From Atribacterota bacterium (GTDB taxonomy: Bacteria; Atribacterota; Phoenicimicrobiia; Phoenicimicrobiales; Phoenicimicrobiaceae), in assembly GCA_035648055.1 (NCBI GenBank), contig DASRMF010000084.1:1-55665 (forward strand): a stretch of DNA of 55,665 bases. Direction: 5' to 3'. How positions within the stretch are numbered: position 1 is the stretch's first letter; the number at the start of each line of letters is the position of its first letter. The position numbers and the translations under genes were made by a program. The notes under the pieces were generated by a model, which saw only the letters and a list, made by a program, of their open reading frames with translations, was not told the origin of the DNA and searched no databases. Shown in pieces: positions 29,938 through 38,998 of the stretch.

Positions 29938-30414
29938 ATGCCTCAAATAAAATCAGCAATAAAAAGAGTTAAAACCTCTGAAAAAAGCCATTTAAGAAAT
30001 ATGTCTTATAAATCAAAAGTAAAAAGCAGCATTAAAAAATTCGATCTTGCTCTTTCGGAAAAAAACAAAGAAGAAATAAGTAAATATTTTAAAGATGCTG
30101 TTTCAATTTTAGACAAATCTGTCAATAAAGGTATTTTGCGTAAAAATACTGCTTCTCGCCAGAAAGCAAACCTGACCAAAAAACTAAATACTTTAGTAGA
30201 ACCGGGAACGGTAAAAAAATCTGCACCTATTGTTCCTAAAAAAACAGTAAAAGTTGTGAAAAAACCAGTCGCTAAAAAAGCAGCAGCCCCTAAGGAAAAA
30301 ATTGTTACTACCAAAACAGCTGAACCCAAAGAAAAACCAGTAGCTAAAGAGACTGCTAAAGTTGTAAAAAAACCAGAAACAAAAAAAACTGAAACTACCG
30401 AAGCAAAATCATAA
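29938..30414 (+). CDS. rpsT: 30S ribosomal protein S20 with long Lys/Pro/Ala/Val-rich C-terminal extension
   Basis: The N-terminal ~86 aa are canonical S20 (MPQIKSAIKRVKTSEKSHLRN...RKNTASRQKANLTKKLN). Residues ~87-158 are a basic low-complexity tail with repeated VKKP/AKK/PKEK units. This is the only plus-strand gene. Confidence 0.93.
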   Translation: MPQIKSAIKRVKTSEKSHLRNMSYKSKVKSSIKKFDLALSEKNKEEISKYFKDAVSILDKSVNKGILRKNTASRQKANLTKKLNTLVEPGTVKKSAPIVPKKTVKVVKKPVAKKAAAPKEKIVTTKTAEPKEKPVAKETAKVVKKPETKKTETTEAKS

Positions 30415-30443
30415 TAAAAAAATAAAAAATATTTTTAATTTAC

Positions 30444-30470
30444 GGGTCGGATTTATCCGACCCTTTTTAT
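30444..30470 (+). terminator. Rho-independent terminator of rpsT
   Basis: gggtcgga-ttta-tccgaccc followed by tttttatttt. Confidence 0.85.
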
Positions 30471-30500
30471 TTTACTATTTTATCATTATAATATACTATC

Positions 30501-30555
30501 TTATTCTGACGCCTGATTTCTATTCTCTATTTTCTTAACCAACTAACCAGCTAAC
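30501..30555 (+). repeat. Dispersed intergenic repeat, copy Y (pyrimidine tract plus TTTTCTTAACCAACTAAC)
   Basis: ttattctgacgcctgatttct...ttttcttaaccaactaac. Shares 18/21 nt and then an identical 18-mer with 45837-45885. Confidence 0.75.
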
Positions 30556-30592
30556 TTACATGTTGTATGATACAATATTTACTCATCACTTA

Positions 30593-31621
30593 TTACTTGT
30601 CACTGTATCTTACAATGTTCACAACTAATTCTTCTAAAATAATCTTTGGTTCCTTCTGGCTGTTTTTAAATTCAAGGTCGGCAATATTCAATAATTCATA
30701 AGATTTACAAATTTCCTTAAAAGTATATTTTTCAGACTGTTTTACTACTTTATTGACAATAAAGTAAGGAAGTCTTAATTTCTTTTCTACTTCTTTATTG
30801 TTAGATCCGTTTGCAATTAATAATTTTGTCTGAAGTATAAGTTTTATTTGCCTGTAGATCATCGCAAATATGGCTAAATGATGAAGGTAACCTTGATTTA
30901 ATTTTACCAAACCGTCCATTGCATTTTTTATATCTTTATCTCCAACAGAATCTAATACTTTAAATATATTAACTGCCTCTGAACCACCAATCGTTATCAT
31001 AACATCTTCTTTTTCTATTGTTTTTTGATCTTTCGTATAAATATCTATTTTTTCTATTTCATTAAAAAGACGGCCTAAATCAGAACCAGCTATAGATTGT
31101 AAATAAAATAGAGCCTCCTGACTAATTTTTTTATTACTCTGCATGAATTTAGATTTTATCCATGAGGCTAATTTCGCTTTATCCGTTACGCTGAAATTAA
31201 CTGCTATCCCCATCCTTTTAATTGCCGTGATTAGTCCTTTGCTTGGTTTGCCTTCTTTATAAATGATTATTAGAGTTGAAAAATTGTTTTTTAAACTTAG
31301 TCGGTTAAAATAATCTATTAATTTCGTCTCATCATTTTTATTAATTTTTTCTGCTTCTTTTATAACTAATAATTTATGTTTCGATATCATTGGCAGTGTT
31401 TCTAGATCATTTATTACTTCATTTATAGATAATTTTTCACCATAAAAAACCGTATAACTTAACTCTCTATAAGCAGGGTCAATTAATCTGTTTCTAAGTT
31501 TTTTTGAAATGTCTTCTTTTAAATAATTTTCATTTCCATAAAGCAGATAAACAGGGTAAATCTTCTCTTGTTTTGTAAGGCTTAATACATCTTCGTAATT
31601 TATACATTTACCCTGGTTCAT
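30593..31621 (-). CDS. holA: DNA polymerase III subunit delta
   Basis: 342 aa. Size, helical clamp-loader-like sequence, and the conserved comEC-holA / rpsT-divergent context. Confidence 0.85.
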   Translation of the reverse strand: MNQGKCINYEDVLSLTKQEKIYPVYLLYGNENYLKEDISKKLRNRLIDPAYRELSYTVFYGEKLSINEVINDLETLPMISKHKLLVIKEAEKINKNDETKLIDYFNRLSLKNNFSTLIIIYKEGKPSKGLITAIKRMGIAVNFSVTDKAKLASWIKSKFMQSNKKISQEALFYLQSIAGSDLGRLFNEIEKIDIYTKDQKTIEKEDVMITIGGSEAVNIFKVLDSVGDKDIKNAMDGLVKLNQGYLHHLAIFAMIYRQIKLILQTKLLIANGSNNKEVEKKLRLPYFIVNKVVKQSEKYTFKEICKSYELLNIADLEFKNSQKEPKIILEELVVNIVRYSDK

Positions 31622-31622
31622 T

Positions 31623-34028
31623 TTAATTGTTTCCCTTCAGTGTTTTTATCCAATATTGCTGGCCGTTTGTTCTTATAACTATCGTTCCATCTTTATCTGT
31701 CCGATATATTTGTATGTTCTTATCTTCTAATCTTTCTATAATTTTCTGCGAAGGATGCCCAAAATTATTTTTACCTACAGTAATAACTGCGATACTTGGA
31801 TTAACCTTATCTAAAAATTCCAATGTAGTGGAAGTCGAACTTCCGTGATGGCCAACTTTTAATATATCACTCTGTAAAATATTCTGCCAAACCAATAATT
31901 TTTTTTCAGCAGATTCCTCTATATCTCCGGAAAAAAGAAAATCTGCATCTTTATAAAATAATTTTACCACAATTGACGCATTATTAAAATCAGATTCATC
32001 ATAAGAATCAGAATCATACAGGGGATTAAGTAAAAATATTTCCAAACTGTTATTAAAAATAATATTATCTACGGCTTTAGCTTTATGATATGGTATGTCT
32101 TTTGCTTGTATTACGGAGATAAACTCTTCATATTCTGATAAATCACAGTTTAATCCGCTATCTAAGACCGCATCTACTTTAAGCTCCTCCAATACCGGTA
32201 ATACTCCTTCTAAATGATCTATATGAGGATGAGTTAAGATTAGCAAATCAATCTCATTTATCCCTTTTCTTCTCAAATAAGGTACAACGATTTTACTACC
32301 CACATCAAAATCACTTAGAGGAGTTCCTCCTCCATCGATTAATATATTTGTTTTACCGGGGGCTTCAATTAATATACAATCTCCCTCTCCAACATTTATA
32401 AAATTTACTTTAAGGTCATCTACCGGATAAAACACTTGAACAATAATTATCAGTAATATAAGCGATAATACAATTAAGCCGGCTTTTTTCTTTATTTTCT
32501 GCGATAGTGTTTTTTTGCAGAACATTTCAATAATAAAAAGTACCATTAGATAATATAAAATAATTACTATAACTGAAGGTTGGGCAACATAAATGAAGGC
32601 AAAAGGAAGTGAAGAAAATGATTTTGCTATTAAAGTTATTAGATTCAATATCAGATAATTTATACCGGCAATCATACTGGCCAGAGAGATGCTTATTAAC
32701 CCGACAAAAAAGGTTACAAATCCTAATATTACCGCTATCCCGGTTAAAGGAATAATAAATATATTAGAAACAATGGAGATCATAGATACTTTAGTGAAAA
32801 AATATGCAGAAAGCGGAAAAATTCCTATCCAGGCAGCTGTTGAAACCGCTAAAGGGTTTGTAATCCAGACTACTACTTTAGAAAATAATCCTTGCAAAAT
32901 TGGTGCTAAATTTATAATAAAAAAAGTTACGATAAAGGATAAAAGAAAACCAGCATCATATAGTATTAAAGGATTTGATAACAAAATTAAAAATGCTGCA
33001 AAGAATAGAGAAATATTAAGATTTCTGCTTCTGTTGATTAATTTCCCACCTATCAATAAAATAAACATAATGGTAGCCCTTAATACAGAAGGACGAAAAC
33101 CGGTGATGGAGGCATACATTATTAGAATTGATATCAAGATAAGTAGTTTAGGCTTCTTTGGTAACCGCAGCATGCTTAAGAAAAAAAGTAAAGCCATAGC
33201 AATTATACCTACATGTAAACCTGAAACTGCTAATATATGCATAATTCCTGCTTCGGCAAAAACTTCTTTTAAATCAGCGGGAATAAAAGCTTTTTCACCT
33301 AATAACATACCTATAAGAAGATAGCTATACGGCGGTGGTAAGGTTAGTTTTGTAACCTCTTTTATTTTGTTTCTTGCTGATAAAGAAAAAGTTACTAAAA
33401 AACTTGAATCATCTTCTCCAATTTTTTGAATATCTTTTTCTTGCCAAATATTTAGGCAAGTAAAGATTCTTTCTCGGGCTAAATATAATTCATAATCAAA
33501 CTCGCCGAAATTCTTCTGTCCTATAGGCTTCTCTAATTTCCCTTTAATCTTTAGCACATCTCCGTATTTATAGGGACAATCCCCCAAATAGGTATTCACC
33601 AATATTAGCCCCTGTGTTCCAATGGCGTAATCTCCTCTTTCTATTTGGCTTGCTTTTACCTTAAAAGATATTTTCTCTTGATTGGGATAATATTCTTTGT
33701 CTAAAACCGTACAAATAATGGTTAACTTCTTATCCTCTACAAAATTTGCTATATGGTTTTCCCCAATCGGGCTGGAATTAAGATTATAATTGAATATGCC
33801 GATTAAAAATATTACTAAAAATAATAAAGCAGTGGTTGTATTCCACTGCTTTACAAAACTTATAATAGAAATTAGTGTTAACAATATTATAATCGAAAAT
33901 AAAAATATCAGATTAACACTAATGAATTTACCATAAATTATTCCTATTATATATAGGGCTAAAATTATAGGTAGGGGTTTAATAACATTGTATTTGCTGT
34001 CTGAAGATATATTTTTTATTGGGCACAA
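31623..34028 (-). CDS. comEC: DNA internalisation competence protein ComEC/Rec2
   Basis: 801 aa. Many TM segments and a C-terminal metallo-beta-lactamase domain (THPHIDH). Confidence 0.92.
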   Translation of the reverse strand: MCPIKNISSDSKYNVIKPLPIILALYIIGIIYGKFISVNLIFLFSIIILLTLISIISFVKQWNTTTALLFLVIFLIGIFNYNLNSSPIGENHIANFVEDKKLTIICTVLDKEYYPNQEKISFKVKASQIERGDYAIGTQGLILVNTYLGDCPYKYGDVLKIKGKLEKPIGQKNFGEFDYELYLARERIFTCLNIWQEKDIQKIGEDDSSFLVTFSLSARNKIKEVTKLTLPPPYSYLLIGMLLGEKAFIPADLKEVFAEAGIMHILAVSGLHVGIIAMALLFFLSMLRLPKKPKLLILISILIMYASITGFRPSVLRATIMFILLIGGKLINRSRNLNISLFFAAFLILLSNPLILYDAGFLLSFIVTFFIINLAPILQGLFSKVVVWITNPLAVSTAAWIGIFPLSAYFFTKVSMISIVSNIFIIPLTGIAVILGFVTFFVGLISISLASMIAGINYLILNLITLIAKSFSSLPFAFIYVAQPSVIVIILYYLMVLFIIEMFCKKTLSQKIKKKAGLIVLSLILLIIIVQVFYPVDDLKVNFINVGEGDCILIEAPGKTNILIDGGGTPLSDFDVGSKIVVPYLRRKGINEIDLLILTHPHIDHLEGVLPVLEELKVDAVLDSGLNCDLSEYEEFISVIQAKDIPYHKAKAVDNIIFNNSLEIFLLNPLYDSDSYDESDFNNASIVVKLFYKDADFLFSGDIEESAEKKLLVWQNILQSDILKVGHHGSSTSTTLEFLDKVNPSIAVITVGKNNFGHPSQKIIERLEDKNIQIYRTDKDGTIVIRTNGQQYWIKTLKGNN

Positions 34029-34648
34029 ATTAAATCTTTAATTCCTTCAAATTTTTTTTCTGCAATTCCGGAAACATCTTGTATATCATCAATAACTCCG
34101 AATAATCCATTTTGATTTCTATATTCGATTATTCTTTCTGAAAGAACCGGGCCAATTCCGGGCAAAGCCTGTAACATGGTCGCATTAGCCGTGTTAATAT
34201 TGATTTTCCCGGACATAGAACCCGAAGAAGAAGAATACATGGCCTCTGCATTGTTATCCATATTTTTGCTGATCTCTTCTCCATTTTCGCTATATATTTT
34301 AGAAGGAACAATTACTTTCTGCCCATCCTTAAGAAGAGCAGCAAGGTTAATCAAATCTAAATTTGCCTCCTCAGTTTCTCCTCCGGCAATTATTACTGCA
34401 TCAACAACTCTATCGGTTGATTTTAATTGATAAACACCGGGGTTTTTAACTGCACCGGTAATATGAACAATTAGCGGTGGAACTTCTTCTTGTATTGCAG
34501 GGTTATTTTCTGAAATATCTGAAGCACGATTTATACTAAAATTATCTTCGTTATTAATGTTTTTATATAAAACTATCCCTCCGCCAATTATTATTAGTAT
34601 TAATAACAAAATTATGGTTATTTTTTCTTGATTCGAAAGGTTCATCAT
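34016..34648 (-). CDS. comEA: ComEA family DNA-binding protein
   Basis: 210 aa. N-terminal TM anchor and C-terminal helix-hairpin-helix INTANATMLQALPGIGPVLSERIIEYR. Confidence 0.9.
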   Translation of the reverse strand: MMNLSNQEKITIILLLILIIIGGGIVLYKNINNEDNFSINRASDISENNPAIQEEVPPLIVHITGAVKNPGVYQLKSTDRVVDAVIIAGGETEEANLDLINLAALLKDGQKVIVPSKIYSENGEEISKNMDNNAEAMYSSSSGSMSGKININTANATMLQALPGIGPVLSERIIEYRNQNGLFGVIDDIQDVSGIAEKKFEGIKDLICAQ

Positions 34649-34650
34649 AA

Positions 34651-35964
34651 CTATTTGTATTCCTTACTTTTGAAGTATTTTTTTGCTTCGCCTACAGTAT
34701 ATAGTGATCCGATTATACAAATTAAATCATCCTCATTGGAATTCGACAGAGCGCAATTTATGGCCTGAGGAATATCTTCGGTAACTATTATTTTATCCTT
34801 GCTCATATATTGTGCCGCTTCTTTAGCGATCGCCTGAGGAGAAGCTGCCCGAGGGTTTTTTGCTTTAGTTGCAATAATTAAATCTGCGTCAGGTGCTAAT
34901 ACTTGTATCATTTTTTTGTAATCTTTATCAGCAAAAATAGCTAATACCAAAATGAGCCGCTGATAAGAAAAAATCTCTTTTAGGGCATCTCGCGCTACCT
35001 TTACTCCGCTGGGATTATGTGCCCCGTCTAATACCAATGTAGGTTTAAACTGGATGATTTCTAATCTCCCTGTCCATTTAACTTTTTCCAAGCCGTCTCT
35101 TATTGCTTTTTCGGAAATATTTATTCCTTTGTTTTTAAGAGCCTCTACAGTCGTAATGGCAGTAGCAGCATTGTCTGCTTGATGTCTGCCCAATAAGGGG
35201 GTATGAAGATTTTTATAATTATGATAGATTCCCTTTAAATCGAATATTACACCTTTGGTATCAGATTTTATAATTTTATAGTTTATTTCCTTCCCCGTAC
35301 TATAAATAAGGGATTTTTTTTCTTTAGCTATTTTCTTAATTTCCTTATAAGCTTCGTTATATTGGGTAGAAGATATTACAATTCCTCCCGCTTTAATGAT
35401 TCCTCCCTTTTCCCTGGCAATTTCTTTTAAACTGTTTCCTAATTTATCCATATGATCATAATCGACATGGGTAATGACAGAAATTAAAGGTTCGCAAATA
35501 TTTGTAGCATCTAATCTTCCGCCTAATCCTACTTCTAAAACTAAAAAATCTATCTGTTCTTCGAAAAAATAGAGAAAAGCCAGAGAAGTTATGACTTCAA
35601 AGAAGGTGGGATGACCGTAGGAAGGTGTATTGGCAACCTTATCTATGGAAGGTTTGATTCTTTCTAATAGCTCACTTACTTTTTTTCTGTCTATTTGCTT
35701 ATTATTAATTTTGATTCTTTCGGTAAAATCAACCAGGTGAGGAGAAGTATATAGGCCAACCTTATAACCATTAGACTGAAGGATTGAGCTAATCAAGGAA
35801 GATGTTGACCCTTTTCCATTTGTTCCGGCAACATGAATTATTTTCATTTTTCTATGAGGGTTGCCTAAAAGGAAAAGTAATAATTTTACATTTTCAAGTC
35901 CTAACTTTATGCCGTATTTAGTTAAATCGTAAATATAATCCAATGCTTCAGTATAAGTTATCAC
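34651..35964 (-). CDS. folC: Bifunctional folylpolyglutamate synthase / dihydrofolate synthase
   Basis: 437 aa. Mur-ligase P-loop GTNGKGST. Conserved valS-folC order. Confidence 0.93.
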   Translation of the reverse strand: MITYTEALDYIYDLTKYGIKLGLENVKLLLFLLGNPHRKMKIIHVAGTNGKGSTSSLISSILQSNGYKVGLYTSPHLVDFTERIKINNKQIDRKKVSELLERIKPSIDKVANTPSYGHPTFFEVITSLAFLYFFEEQIDFLVLEVGLGGRLDATNICEPLISVITHVDYDHMDKLGNSLKEIAREKGGIIKAGGIVISSTQYNEAYKEIKKIAKEKKSLIYSTGKEINYKIIKSDTKGVIFDLKGIYHNYKNLHTPLLGRHQADNAATAITTVEALKNKGINISEKAIRDGLEKVKWTGRLEIIQFKPTLVLDGAHNPSGVKVARDALKEIFSYQRLILVLAIFADKDYKKMIQVLAPDADLIIATKAKNPRAASPQAIAKEAAQYMSKDKIIVTEDIPQAINCALSNSNEDDLICIIGSLYTVGEAKKYFKSKEYK

Positions 35965-35966
35965 AT

Positions 35967-38630
35967 TTACCTCTTAAACGATTTTAAATTATTTTCCAAT
36001 CTTTCTTTAATACTTCTTAAATCATCCGCTTTATCTCTTTCTTTTTTTATAATACCTTCCGGGGCTTTGGACAGGAAATACTCATTATTTATTTTTTTGA
36101 AAATTACATTAAGCTCATTAGTAATTTTATTTAATTTTTTCTCTAAACGGGCTATCTCCTCTGAAATATTTATTATACCTTTTAGTGGAATAAATATTTC
36201 AATCCCTTCTAAAACAGCCGTAGCCGAATATTCTGGTTTTTTGATCCCCTCTCCTGCTTCTAATGATTTTGTTTTAATCATAGTTTCGATATAATGAGTA
36301 TTCTCTTCTATTAGTTTTAATAGATCTTTTTCGTGAACATTTAAATATAAATCAATTTTCTTGCTATACGGAATATTCATATCTGACTTAATATTTCGGA
36401 TAGCTTTAATGATACCCATTATTTTTTCCATCTTATTTTCTGCATCTTTGTTCTCATATTCTTCTTTGTATTGCGGCCAAGGTGAAACCATAATGCTTTC
36501 CCCCTTGTGAGGCAGTGTTTGCCATATTTCTTCAGTTATAAATGGCATAAAGGGATGCAAAAGCCTTAGGGTATTTTCTAATACAGACCACAGAATATAT
36601 TGGGAGGTTTGTTTTTCTATTACCTCTTCTTTCTGATATAATCTTGGTTTAATGAATTCTATATACCAATCACAAAACTCGTTCCAGGCAAATTCATAAA
36701 TAATTTTAGCGGCTTCTCCATATTTATATTCATTAAGACATTCAGTAGACCTTTTTATTGTTTCATTTAACTTACTGATTATCCATTTATCAACTAAGGT
36801 CATTTTTAATTTATCTTTATCTATCTTATCAATATCAAAGTCCTTGAGATTCATTATAGAAAATCTTGAAACATTCCATATTTTATTGGTGAAATTTCTA
36901 TATCCTTTAATTCTCTCTTCCGAAAGGGAGATATAATTTCCCTGGATAGTTAGAGAGGCCAGGGTAATACGAAGGGTATCAGCGCCATATTCATTAATTA
37001 CCGTTAAAGGATCGATAGCGTTTCCACTGGATTTACTCATTTTTTTACCTTCTGCATCTCTAATCAATGGGTTTATGTAAACTTGCTTAAACGGTACTTC
37101 ACCACGGAACTTTAAACCCATCATTATCATTCGAGCTACCCAAAAGAAAATAATATCAAAACCAGTAACTAACACTGAGGTTGGATAGAAAGATTTTAAA
37201 TCTTCTGTTTCTTCCGGCCAACCCAAGGTAGAAAAAGGCCACAAAGCAGAGCTAAACCAGGTATCCAAAACGTCCGGGTCTTGCAATAAATTATGACTTC
37301 CACATTTTTTACAGATGGTAGGATCTTCTAATTCTACGATTATTTCTCCACAGTCCTGACAATACCAGACCGGGATGCGATGTCCCCACCATAACTGACG
37401 TGAGATACACCAATCTTTAATATTTCTCATCCATTCATAATATACTTTATCCCATCGAGAAGGAATAAATTCGATTCTACCTTCCTCTACAGCAGAAATT
37501 GCCGGTTCAGCAATTTCTTTCATTTTAACAAACCATTGTTTTGAAAGATATGGTTCAATAGTAGTACCACATCTATAACAATGACCGATAGAATGTTTAT
37601 ATTCTTCGATCTTATTTAAGAATCCTTTTTTTCTTAATTCATTCAAAACTTTTTCTCGACACTTAGACACAGTTAAATTTTTAAACTTTCCGGCCTGCTC
37701 ATTCATGGTGCCGTCATTATTTAATAAATTAATTCTGGCAAGATTATGACGTTTGCCTAATTCGAAATCGTTTAAATCATGAGCAGGAGTTATCTTTACC
37801 GCACCGGTCCCAAACTCAGGGTCAACATAACTATCAGCTACTATCGGTATCTCTCTATTCATTAAAGGCAATATGGCAGTTTTACCGATAAATTTTTTAT
37901 ATCTTTTATCATCGGGATGAACTGCTATCGCAGTATCACCAAGCATAGTTTCAGGACGAGTAGTAGCAACAGTTATAATCTCTCCTTTAGAGTCTTTTAT
38001 AGGATAGTTTATATAATACAGATTTGCATCTTCTTCAATCGATTCTACTTCAATATCGGCCAAAGCAGTCTGACATCTCGGACACCAATTTATTACGTAA
38101 TTTTCTCGATATATCAGTCCTTCTTTATATAATTGTACAAATACTTTTCTAACCGCTTTGGACAGACCTTCGTCTAAGGTAAATCTTAATCTTGACCAAT
38201 CACAAGAAAATCCTAATTTTTTTAATTGATTTATTATATTATTTCCATATTCTTTTTTCCATTCCCATACTCTTTCTACAAATTTTTCCCTTCCTAAATC
38301 GTGTCTACTTTTCCCCTCTTTGGCAATTTCTCTTTCTACTACATTTTGAGTAGCAATTCCGGCATGGTCAGTCCCCGGAAGCCAAAGAGTATTGTAACCT
38401 TCCATTTTTTTCCATCTAATTAGAATATCTTGCAGGGTATTATTTAAAGCATGACCGATATGTAATGACCCTGTGACATTGGGCGGGGGTATAACGATAG
38501 AAAAATTATTTTCCTTATCATGGTTATCTTTTGCTTTAAAATAATCTTTTTCTAACCAAAATTTATACCATTTTTCCTCAACTTTTTTAGGATCGTATAC
38601 TGACGGTATTTCAGTGTCTATTTCTTTCAT
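35967..38630 (-). CDS. valS: Valine--tRNA ligase
   Basis: HIGH (SLHIGHAL) and KMSKS motifs, C-terminal coiled coil. True start is ATG 38630 (MKEIDTEIPSVYDPKKVEEKW) after AAGGAGGA. The track's 27 extra codons lie in the T-box leader. Confidence 0.96.
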   Translation of the reverse strand: MKEIDTEIPSVYDPKKVEEKWYKFWLEKDYFKAKDNHDKENNFSIVIPPPNVTGSLHIGHALNNTLQDILIRWKKMEGYNTLWLPGTDHAGIATQNVVEREIAKEGKSRHDLGREKFVERVWEWKKEYGNNIINQLKKLGFSCDWSRLRFTLDEGLSKAVRKVFVQLYKEGLIYRENYVINWCPRCQTALADIEVESIEEDANLYYINYPIKDSKGEIITVATTRPETMLGDTAIAVHPDDKRYKKFIGKTAILPLMNREIPIVADSYVDPEFGTGAVKITPAHDLNDFELGKRHNLARINLLNNDGTMNEQAGKFKNLTVSKCREKVLNELRKKGFLNKIEEYKHSIGHCYRCGTTIEPYLSKQWFVKMKEIAEPAISAVEEGRIEFIPSRWDKVYYEWMRNIKDWCISRQLWWGHRIPVWYCQDCGEIIVELEDPTICKKCGSHNLLQDPDVLDTWFSSALWPFSTLGWPEETEDLKSFYPTSVLVTGFDIIFFWVARMIMMGLKFRGEVPFKQVYINPLIRDAEGKKMSKSSGNAIDPLTVINEYGADTLRITLASLTIQGNYISLSEERIKGYRNFTNKIWNVSRFSIMNLKDFDIDKIDKDKLKMTLVDKWIISKLNETIKRSTECLNEYKYGEAAKIIYEFAWNEFCDWYIEFIKPRLYQKEEVIEKQTSQYILWSVLENTLRLLHPFMPFITEEIWQTLPHKGESIMVSPWPQYKEEYENKDAENKMEKIMGIIKAIRNIKSDMNIPYSKKIDLYLNVHEKDLLKLIEENTHYIETMIKTKSLEAGEGIKKPEYSATAVLEGIEIFIPLKGIINISEEIARLEKKLNKITNELNVIFKKINNEYFLSKAPEGIIKKERDKADDLRSIKERLENNLKSFKR

Positions 38631-38644
38631 TACCTTTTCCTCCT

Positions 38645-38906
38645 TAAGCTTAAAAACAAAAAACCCCTTTCGTTTCTCAAAAGGACGAAAGGAGTCTATC
38701 CGCGGTACCACCTTAATTCCTGTCTAAAAAGATATTTATAATATTTATAATATTCCCATTAAACAGGCTCTCAATGTTTAAGTTATAACGTAACTATCGG
38801 TTAATCCTACTCTTTCTATTCAGATTAACAGCTTGGGGATGACCTTCGAATAAAATTATTTCTAATTCTATTCTACTCTTCCCCTCTTAGATTTATCATA
38901 TTTATT
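38645..38906 (-). promoter_or_regulatory. T-box riboswitch leader (valine specifier GUC)
   Basis: The sense strand carries the T-box sequence AATTAAGGTGGTACCGCGG (38718-38700). The specifier-loop context is GAAG-GUC-A, with GUC at 38843-38841. Terminator hairpin with U-tract at 38692-38652. AGAG/AGTA stem I motifs. Confidence 0.88.
38652..38692 (-). terminator. T-box terminator hairpin
   Basis: Sense strand cctttcgt-ccttttgagaa-acgaaagg followed by GGTTTTTTGTTTTT. Confidence 0.85.
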
Positions 38907-38912
38907 TTTTAT

Positions 38913-38942
38913 ATATTACTATAAGTATAGATTATTTGTCAA
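38913..38942 (-). promoter_or_regulatory. Putative sigma-70 promoter of valS
   Basis: Sense strand TTGACA (38942-38937), 18-nt spacer, TAATAT (38918-38913), just upstream of the T-box leader. Confidence 0.55.
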
Positions 38943-38998
38943 AAACTTAAAAAGAAAGTATCGAGTATATACTAAATACTATATACTAAATATTGTTT

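Noticed and set aside
38631-38711. 27-codon N-terminal extension of the valS ORF (MVPRIDSFRPFEKRKGFFVFKLKEEKV)
   Set aside because: This stretch is the T-box sequence and terminator hairpin. A strong AAGGAGGA precedes the internal ATG at 38630, and the orthologue-like N-terminus starts there.
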